Source: Candidatus Poribacteria bacterium
GTDB lineage: Bacteria > Poribacteria > WGA-4E > WGA-3G
Direction of reading: 5' to 3'
DNA length: 64,000 bases
NCBI GenBank assembly: GCA_965205015.1
Contig: OZ242029.1
Location: 1,856,001 to 1,920,000 of the forward strand
Translations under genes and position numbers: made by a program
Part shown: piece after piece, positions 57,108-64,000 of the stretch
Layout: each line of letters begins with the position of its first letter
How positions within the stretch are numbered: the stretch's first letter is position 1
The notes under the pieces: model-generated
What the model saw: the letters and a program-made list of their open reading frames with translations, nothing else
What the model was told of the DNA's origin: nothing
Databases searched by the model: none

Positions 57108-58787
57108 ATGTTAGTTGATGATAACAGAGAAGAACATCGGATGATGATTTTCGGCAACGATAGCCGCCTCGTTCAAGAGCGGTTAATCGTGGAAAAAGAT
57201 GCAAAGCGGGACGGAATTTTGGCACAGAAGGTTCATGCCGATTCCTACACCGTCACGCTGTATGTGTTGCTGAAGGATTATGGACTTACGCCGGTCTTTC
57301 GCATCAAGCCACGTATCCGCTTCCATCGCTCTAACTACGATAACCTCTCTTCGAGTGCACCCCTAAAGTATCGTCTTGATGACATCATCCATTTCGCTGA
57401 GTTAAAACGCGGCATTGATTTGACAGAAAAGATTGATGATGTCAAACTCGCAGAAATCCTCGGAGACGCCCCCGCACTCAAGGACGTAACGGATGATCCT
57501 GCGTTACAGCTCGTCTCACAGCGCGATGTATCCCTCAGCAACCCGCCTTTTAAAACCAAAACCAAGGTTTTTGGAAAAAATGAAGATGAAGGTGTAGAAG
57601 AAGGAGGGATTCAGATTGGAACGTTCCTTGACGCCCTCAATCAACCGAAACAGACTGAGCAGATTTTCAAACGTTTTGCACGCGGAAAAGAATTTGCCCG
57701 TGATTTGCGCGAAGCCTTAGCACCTTACGAAGATTTTGAATTTCAGTTTGGACTCTATTCTCGGTATGAACGGCGAGATTGCATATTAGCGGATGGGGAT
57801 GCGGAAACCAGCGGGAACTACCGAGCAACATTCGATCCGTGGACAGCACTCGGATATATCCGAACTGCCGGCGACGCGCAGCAATTCCAAATTTTAATGC
57901 ATGAACGCGGCACCCGATGGGAGCATAAAGTTATGTTGGAGCAGTTGGATGCCCCAACGCTTGAACGACTTGCTACGGAGATCCCTGGACTCCGCCGCCA
58001 ATATCTGATCGGACGCGTTTTGTCGAAAAGCCAGACGGCGCTGACCCGATTGGCTGAACTTCGCCAATCCCAGCTGAATCTCACAACCGATTTGCATACC
58101 GGATATACGCTCCAGTTAGAGATACCAGTCCCTAAAAAGCGATTTTCTGTCATAGAACATCGTCGAAAATTGCGGACTATTTTTAACGGTGGCGGTGCTT
58201 ATCGTCTGCATTCACTGAACGGGGAGTTTGTTGAGCGGCATCATAACATGGCGAAGGGCATCCGAGATGGCATCGTCTGGACGTTGGATTCCGTTGAGTT
58301 GTTTACGGGACAACCGCCATTAAAGGACCAGGATGAAGAGTTTCTTATCATCAAAACGCCGCATCAGAACAAATTCGTGGTCCGCTCCGCCGAAGAACTT
58401 CGCGAACGCCTTCCCAAAAACGGGTTTGAAAAGTGTTGGAATGAAGCCATCGATGTCGGTGGGTATACCATCCTCAGCCGGATGACCGGGAGGGTCTATC
58501 TCGTGAGCTACGGACGGAGGAATATCGGCAGCATCCGTGAAGGCAACGTTACCCAGGACGATGTTGCGCATTATCTCTCAATTGAATACTTAGGACTGGA
58601 TGCTAACCGTATTGGAAATTCACGTTTCGGCGTGCCGCTCCATGTCCAGCAGGGCTTCTTTGAAAGAATCTTCAGCAGGCGACCTGTCCCGCCCATCTTT
58701 AGCCAGTTGATGCAAATCGAGGCACAGGTCATCGCAGAAATGAAAACCCTCGCTCGGCACTGCAAAGAAAAACTGGAGATTCCATAG
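57108..58787 (+). CDS. Hypothetical protein with a putative VTC/CYTH-like triphosphate tunnel domain
   Basis: Ordered motifs REEHR, YTVTLY, KPRIRF, AELKRG, YERR, RATFD, EHK resemble VTC-domain motifs; GGGGAGG RBS. Confidence 0.55.
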   Translation: MLVDDNREEHRMMIFGNDSRLVQERLIVEKDAKRDGILAQKVHADSYTVTLYVLLKDYGLTPVFRIKPRIRFHRSNYDNLSSSAPLKYRLDDIIHFAELKRGIDLTEKIDDVKLAEILGDAPALKDVTDDPALQLVSQRDVSLSNPPFKTKTKVFGKNEDEGVEEGGIQIGTFLDALNQPKQTEQIFKRFARGKEFARDLREALAPYEDFEFQFGLYSRYERRDCILADGDAETSGNYRATFDPWTALGYIRTAGDAQQFQILMHERGTRWEHKVMLEQLDAPTLERLATEIPGLRRQYLIGRVLSKSQTALTRLAELRQSQLNLTTDLHTGYTLQLEIPVPKKRFSVIEHRRKLRTIFNGGGAYRLHSLNGEFVERHHNMAKGIRDGIVWTLDSVELFTGQPPLKDQDEEFLIIKTPHQNKFVVRSAEELRERLPKNGFEKCWNEAIDVGGYTILSRMTGRVYLVSYGRRNIGSIREGNVTQDDVAHYLSIEYLGLDANRIGNSRFGVPLHVQQGFFERIFSRRPVPPIFSQLMQIEAQVIAEMKTLARHCKEKLEIP

Positions 58788-58831
58788 ACATTCAGGTTTG
58801 ATGTTGGGGACTCTCTCTGTGAGGTAAACAG

Positions 58832-60013
58832 ATGATACAATACCTTAAAGTTAAGGGACTCAATAATCGTCTTGACGGTGAATTTGAGTTCAATGAAGAC
58901 CTAAACATTTTTACTGGTGCCAACGGTTCGTGTAAAACGACCCTGCTGAAACTGATATGGTACTTCATAAGTGGCAATTTACAGCAAATTGTGCTTGAAA
59001 TTCCGTTTCATACTATTTCAATTCAAACGGATCTCTTTGATTTCAGTATGAAACGCGTTGAACCCGACGAAATTATATTTGATTACAGATTCGGTAAAGA
59101 AGATGGCGTGTACGAACCTATTGACATAGATACAGAAACAGGAAAAGTCAACCGGACAGATATGGATAGAGTGAATTCGCTTGAAAAGCGGATTGTTCAA
59201 ACAACCAAACGAAGTCTATTCTTCCCAACCTTTAGAAGAATTGAAGGTGGTTTTTCGAGAGTTACCACAGAGACCGATAGTTTAGCGATGATACTTCTCA
59301 CTTCCACGCCAGAAATGCTTCAATCCGCAATATTGGGATTTTCTAATAAGGTGTCAATCAACGGACACAAGTTCATCGCTTCGATCTCAACAGAAGATCT
59401 CGGTGAACTACTCACGCAGAAATACGCTGATATTTATGAAGAAATTAGCACACGCCAGTCGCGGGTATTGGAAGAGATTTTAAGAGAGGTGCAAAACAAT
59501 CCAGATAAGAAAAAAGTTTCTGAGATTATTCAAGATCCTTTGGCTGTTTTGAATGCTATTCAGAAAGTTAATGCGGAACGAGAACAGTTGGGTAAGCCGT
59601 TTTCTGTGTTGTCTGAGTTATCTCGGAAGATTCTACGATATAATGCAATTCATGTTACCGGACGGGTTATTGGTGGAGAAACTACCGAGGGGATTACTTT
59701 AGAAGAAGGAGGAGACGGAATTACTGTTGGAGAAGCAAAAGATGCTATTTCCTCTGACAAACTCTCTTCTGGTGAAAAGCAGATGCTTAGCTTTCTTTGT
59801 TACAACGCTTTTAGCGAAGACACTGCTATTTTCATTGATGAGCCCGAGTTAAGTCTGCATGTGGACTGGGAAGGGATCCTCTTGCCTACTCTGCTTGAAC
59901 AAGCAACGACTAACCAGTTTTTTGTCGCGACACATTCACCTTTCATCTATACTATGTATCCTGACAAGGAATTTATGTTGGATGATACTCGGGGATATCA
60001 GGGAGCAGTTTAG
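58832..60013 (+). CDS. ABC-like ATPase (AAA_15/AAA_21), AriA-like
   Basis: GANGSCKT, LSSGEKQ, FIDEPELSLH, ATHSP. Confidence 0.85.
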   Translation: MIQYLKVKGLNNRLDGEFEFNEDLNIFTGANGSCKTTLLKLIWYFISGNLQQIVLEIPFHTISIQTDLFDFSMKRVEPDEIIFDYRFGKEDGVYEPIDIDTETGKVNRTDMDRVNSLEKRIVQTTKRSLFFPTFRRIEGGFSRVTTETDSLAMILLTSTPEMLQSAILGFSNKVSINGHKFIASISTEDLGELLTQKYADIYEEISTRQSRVLEEILREVQNNPDKKKVSEIIQDPLAVLNAIQKVNAEREQLGKPFSVLSELSRKILRYNAIHVTGRVIGGETTEGITLEEGGDGITVGEAKDAISSDKLSSGEKQMLSFLCYNAFSEDTAIFIDEPELSLHVDWEGILLPTLLEQATTNQFFVATHSPFIYTMYPDKEFMLDDTRGYQGAV

Positions 60014-60783
60014 TGCCGACACCAAATCCTATGACAGTGGAGCATTTAGTCGGTGTTTTGCGCCGCACTCGAAAACCTAATATTGTCGTTGAGGGGGACG
60101 ATGATGTAATCATCTATCGGGAATTAACCAGACGAATTGGAATACTTGAAGTCGTTTTACTGCCTTCTGGTGGAAGAGACAAATTACTCCAAGTTTATGA
60201 ACGGAGAAGCGAATTCGCCCATATTCCTGTTGTTTTTATCGCGGATCAGGATATGTGGTTGTTTTCAGGAATTGACCAAGGTTATGATGATGTTATTTGG
60301 ACACACGGGTATAGTATTGAGAACGACTTATATTCAGATGCGGCCTTAGAACGCCTTCTGGATGAAAATGACACTGCTGAACATCGGCAAGTCTTGGATG
60401 CAATCAGCACATGGTTTGCTTTTGCTGTTGAAGCGTATTTAGCGGGAGATGGTCCCGATCTTGATCTCCATTGTGACGAAATGGTTCCGCTTGGTAAAAC
60501 CGAGTTGGACGCAGATTTCTGTGTGCGCCGCGGCTTTCGCATGCCTAAAGTGGAGTTAGTTCAACAAATAAGAGGCGAATATCAACTTCGACTTAGAGGC
60601 AAACAGCTTTTCCAATTGTTAATTCGTTTTCTTAGTAGATCTGCCCATGGCTTTGTGAGGGCTAGTCTTAACGATTATGCTCTGTACAACTTAGCACTTA
60701 GAATGCCTGAGGATCATCCACTCTTAGACAGATTAATGGAACAGGTAAAGCAAAAAATCGCAGTGCAAACTTCCGCTTCCTGA
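60013..60783 (+). CDS. DUF4435 TOPRIM-like protein, AriB-like
   Basis: IVVEGDDD, GG, ADQD, GYSIEN, LRGK; GTG start overlaps the ATPase stop. Confidence 0.75.
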   Translation: MPTPNPMTVEHLVGVLRRTRKPNIVVEGDDDVIIYRELTRRIGILEVVLLPSGGRDKLLQVYERRSEFAHIPVVFIADQDMWLFSGIDQGYDDVIWTHGYSIENDLYSDAALERLLDENDTAEHRQVLDAISTWFAFAVEAYLAGDGPDLDLHCDEMVPLGKTELDADFCVRRGFRMPKVELVQQIRGEYQLRLRGKQLFQLLIRFLSRSAHGFVRASLNDYALYNLALRMPEDHPLLDRLMEQVKQKIAVQTSAS

Positions 60784-60816
60784 ATATCCCCTTGAAATAA
60801 CGTTAAAGGGAGACAC

Positions 60817-61650
60817 ATGAAAATGCAAAACCGTAGAAAAGTCCTTATCACCGGGGCATCCGGCTATATCGCTGGACGGATGCTCCCCGAATTTCGCCAA
60901 CGCTATGAACTCGTCCTTTTAGATGTGAAAACCACGAATCGGCAAGGAGAGGAAGTCGAAGGTGTTCAAATTGCTGAACTGACCGACCCCAATCGCGACG
61001 CATACCGACACCATTTTGAAGGCGTTGACGCAGTCGTCCACTGTGCATTTAAGGGCGGTAGTTTCGAGAATGAGCTCGCCAACGTCCAGATGGCATACAA
61101 CCTTTATCAGACCTGTATTGAGACCGATGTCCGGCGTGTTGTTGTCTGTAGTTCCAACCACGCCGCCGACTATTACGAGCGTCTCATCTGGTCAGATAAA
61201 TGGGATGTGGTGACACCAGAGACGCGTCCGCTCTCCGATAACTTCTACGGGTGGGCAAAAGAGGCGTATGAGCACCTCGGTTTTGTCTTTGCGACGGGAC
61301 ACGTTGAGGGTAAGAAATTACAGAACGTTCAGCTGCGTATCGGTGGACCGCGCGAGACGGATATGGCGAATTCCTCAGCCGACGATCTGAAGGCGATGCA
61401 CCGAGGACTCGGCGCGTATTTGAGCATCCGAGATCAGGTCCAACTCTTCGTCAAGAGCATTGAGACAGAGGACATAGCGGACGAAAACGGGATCCCGTTC
61501 CAGATCTTCTACGGCATCAGCGACAATTCGCATAAATTCTGGAGTATCGTCAACGCACGAAAAGTAATAGGTTATGCCCCTGAGGACGACAGTCAACGCC
61601 GTTTTGCCGACCGATTGGCAGAACTGTTGAAGGAAGCGGAAGGAGCCTAA
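60817..61650 (+). CDS. NAD-dependent epimerase/dehydratase (uronate dehydrogenase-like)
   Basis: ITGASGYIA, SSNHA, YGWAK, LRIG, IGYAPED. Confidence 0.88.
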   Translation: MKMQNRRKVLITGASGYIAGRMLPEFRQRYELVLLDVKTTNRQGEEVEGVQIAELTDPNRDAYRHHFEGVDAVVHCAFKGGSFENELANVQMAYNLYQTCIETDVRRVVVCSSNHAADYYERLIWSDKWDVVTPETRPLSDNFYGWAKEAYEHLGFVFATGHVEGKKLQNVQLRIGGPRETDMANSSADDLKAMHRGLGAYLSIRDQVQLFVKSIETEDIADENGIPFQIFYGISDNSHKFWSIVNARKVIGYAPEDDSQRRFADRLAELLKEAEGA

Positions 61651-61692
61651 CATACCGTCTTTAGTTTGTGCTTAGGTTGATTTCATCTCTGT

Positions 61693-61775
61693 TAAGAATT
61701 ATACACCTTTTTCTCAATTTTTTTCAAAAGAAAGAGCGGTATTTCGGTCTGATCTCCTGTTTTGTTGTGATGACA
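61693..61775. repeat. 83-bp direct repeat, copy 1
   Basis: Identical to 63918-64000 except one base. Confidence 0.9.
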
Positions 61776-61812
61776 TAGAAAGTGCCATATTGTGACATGA
61801 GATACGCCTCAT

Positions 61813-62802
61813 TTATTCGTCATGGATAGACTGCTTCAGTCTGCCCCAGAGTGTTGTTTCTGTCTCCGCAGTCGGAGAAACAGAGAAATAACCCACAGGC
61901 ACCCACGTCGGATGCGTATCCTCCGCCGGATGACGCGTCAATCTGACCTCATGCCGCGAGCGCACGTCTTTTATAAGATAAATGTCAGTTTTCTGATTCC
62001 ACTTGGAAAAGTAAACAATCGATCGTCCATCAGGACTCCAGACAGGAGCGAAACCCATCGCCGGATGGCGTGTCATCTGCCTGAGACCACTCCCGTCAAC
62101 GTTTAGGGTGTAGATTTCCCTATTCCTCCGTAAAACCCTATCACAAAAGGCGATCCGTTTCCCATCTGGAGACCATGAGGGCATGCTTCCTGCGAGCGGT
62201 TGGTTTGCGAGGCGTCTCGGATTTCCGCCATCCGCATCCATGATATAAATACCACTATTGCCACCTTCACCAGGCGCATGGACGAAAACAAAAGCGATGG
62301 ATTGGCTATCAGGCGACCAAGCCGCGTTGTAGTTTCTATTCCCTGCCCCGTGCGTCAAGCGTTGGAGATTCTCACCGTCCGGTTCGATTTTATAGATGTG
62401 ATGCGTCCCTTCTCTATTAGAGTCAAACGCAATCCATCGTCCGTCTGGGGACCATGCGGGATTACTGTCATGTTTCGGATGGTGCGTCAACCGGCGGGAT
62501 ACCTTCGTATTGAGATTCATCACATAAATTTCCATATAGCCATCATGTTGAGAGGAGACATAAGCCATCCGTTGTCCGTCCGGCGAAAACGCTGGCTTAA
62601 ACTCATTCGCTGGATGGTCTGTCAGCTGCTGGAGATTCTCTCCTTTTATATCCATCATGTAGATGTTGTAATTCCAATTCCGCTTGGAACTGAAAGCGAT
62701 ATACGGAACATCGGATGCGTAGGCATATAGGTTTACCGAAAACAAGAAGCACATGAATATCGCTGGAATCGCTAACTCTATATAGGTAAATTTTCGTCTC
62801 AT
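61813..62802 (-). CDS. Secreted TolB-like PD40 beta-propeller protein
   Basis: Repeated PAWSPDG..IAF motifs; signal peptide; tail VSPTAETETTLWGRLKQ. Confidence 0.9.
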   Translation of the reverse strand: MRRKFTYIELAIPAIFMCFLFSVNLYAYASDVPYIAFSSKRNWNYNIYMMDIKGENLQQLTDHPANEFKPAFSPDGQRMAYVSSQHDGYMEIYVMNLNTKVSRRLTHHPKHDSNPAWSPDGRWIAFDSNREGTHHIYKIEPDGENLQRLTHGAGNRNYNAAWSPDSQSIAFVFVHAPGEGGNSGIYIMDADGGNPRRLANQPLAGSMPSWSPDGKRIAFCDRVLRRNREIYTLNVDGSGLRQMTRHPAMGFAPVWSPDGRSIVYFSKWNQKTDIYLIKDVRSRHEVRLTRHPAEDTHPTWVPVGYFSVSPTAETETTLWGRLKQSIHDE

Positions 62803-62868
62803 TTTTACACTCCCACGGATGCCATTCAGAAATGACTATATCACTTGGTCCACTCAGATGAACTTGAC

Positions 62869-63837
62869 TTAGTCACCGACAGACTGCTTGAGCCTACCCC
62901 ACACGGTTGCTTGTGTGTTGACCGTCGGAGAGACAGAAAGCGCACCCGTTGGCACCCACGTCGGAGTTATATCCATTGCCAAATGGCGTGTCAATCTGCG
63001 GCGATTCCCTCTGATGCCATTGACATCCATCAAATAGATATCAGCAGTTCTCTCCCACCAGGACAGGAAAGCAATCGAGTGTCCATCTGGAGACCAAGCA
63101 GGCGATCCCTCACCCACCAGATGGCGGGTAATCCGTCTGAGGTTCCCCCCGTCAACGTTTACGATGTAGATATCCCAATTTCTTCCTAAATTTGCACTAA
63201 CGGCAATACGTTTCCCATCCGGAGACCACGCCGGTGTATATGCCTGATTGGGTTGGTTTTTGAGCCTGCTCGGATTTCCACCATCCGCATCCATTATAGA
63301 GATGCCAGCCGGGTCTTCGAAAGAACGAAAAGCGATGAATTGACTATCAGGGGACCAAGCCGGGGCGTTGTTCCTCTCATCCCCATGCGTCAACTGTTGG
63401 AGATTCGCACCACTGGGTTCGATTTTATAGATGTGCCCCGTCCCCGTTCTCTCGGAGACAAACGCAATCCATTGACCATCTGGAGACCATGCCGGACTAA
63501 AGTCACGTGCCAGATGGTTCGTCAACTGGTCGGATACCTTTGTCTTGAGGTGCATCACATAAATGTCCCAATTGCCATGCTGAGAGGAAACGTAAGCCAT
63601 CCGCTGTCCGTCCGGCGAAAACGTTGGATGAGATTCATTCACTGGATGATCTGTCAGCTGCTGGAGATTCTTGCCGTTTATATCCATCATGTAGATGTCG
63701 TAATTCCAATTCCGTTTGGAACTGAAAGCAATACAGGGAACATCGGATGCATAGACATAAAGGTTCGCCGCGAGCAAGAAATGCGCGAATAGTAGGGGCG
63801 TCCCCAATACAACAATATAGGCGAGTTTTCCTTTCAT
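62869..63837 (-). CDS. Secreted TolB-like PD40 beta-propeller protein (paralogue)
   Basis: Same repeats; tail VSPTVNTQATVWGRLKQ; start after GGAGGAGG. Confidence 0.9.
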   Translation of the reverse strand: MKGKLAYIVVLGTPLLFAHFLLAANLYVYASDVPCIAFSSKRNWNYDIYMMDINGKNLQQLTDHPVNESHPTFSPDGQRMAYVSSQHGNWDIYVMHLKTKVSDQLTNHLARDFSPAWSPDGQWIAFVSERTGTGHIYKIEPSGANLQQLTHGDERNNAPAWSPDSQFIAFRSFEDPAGISIMDADGGNPSRLKNQPNQAYTPAWSPDGKRIAVSANLGRNWDIYIVNVDGGNLRRITRHLVGEGSPAWSPDGHSIAFLSWWERTADIYLMDVNGIRGNRRRLTRHLAMDITPTWVPTGALSVSPTVNTQATVWGRLKQSVGD

Positions 63838-63917
63838 TTTCCTATCCTCCTCCATTGATGTTATTGAGATTTTCCAGTTTCAGAGGCATTCAGTTCTCGG
63901 TTCTCCCTTAGCAGTCA

Positions 63918-64000
63918 TAAGAATTATACACCTTTTTCTCAATTTTTTTCAAAAGAAAGAGCGGTATTTCGGTCTGACCTCCTGTTTTGTTGTGATGACA
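63918..64000. repeat. 83-bp direct repeat, copy 2 (may extend past window end), carrying a minus-strand TTGAAA-18-TATAAT promoter
   Basis: Matches 61693-61775; the promoter faces the TolB-like gene. Confidence 0.85.

Noticed and set aside
61813-63837. Bona fide tolB of the Tol-Pal system
   Set aside because: No TolB N-terminal domain and no tolQ/tolR/tolA/pal neighbours in the window

Overview
Bacterial chromosomal window with about 50 protein-coding genes. No rRNA, tRNA, CRISPR array, integrase or transposase gene was recognised. The gene content (LamG and TolB/PD40 proteins ending in a V.P....T.WG.LK tail, PhyH dioxygenase, DUF2961, OPT-like membrane proteins, eukaryote-like C-type lectins, many REP-like palindromes) suggests Candidatus Poribacteria or a relative; this is inference. 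Housekeeping and metabolic genes include an ABC-2 exporter, a sugar-1-phosphate nucleotidyltransferase, dgoD, pyrB, pyrD, aroC, a ROK kinase and an epimerase. Main points of interest: (1) a 12.7-kb minus-strand operon encoding a 2442-aa LysM/PA/degenerate-M28 protein fused to a MacB/FtsX permease, an OPT-like transporter, an orphan PqqD/RRE protein and a LolD-like ATPase, a candidate uncharacterised peptide/glycopeptide capture and transport machine; (2) several separately inserted defence modules (type IIG RM next to a nuclease-STAND NTPase, a HEPN gene, a type II RM pair, a PARIS-like ATPase plus TOPRIM pair); (3) four tandem secreted C-type lectin paralogues; (4) a candidate polyphosphate locus (split CHAD, VTC/CYTH-like protein, internally deleted mgtE); (5) a shared C-terminal motif on unrelated secreted proteins; (6) many small repeats, including a 72-bp REP inserted in frame in a gene, heptamer-repeat hairpins in most spacers of the large operon, a structured non-coding segment and an 83-bp promoter-bearing direct repeat. 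All family calls come from reading motifs by eye, not from database searches.
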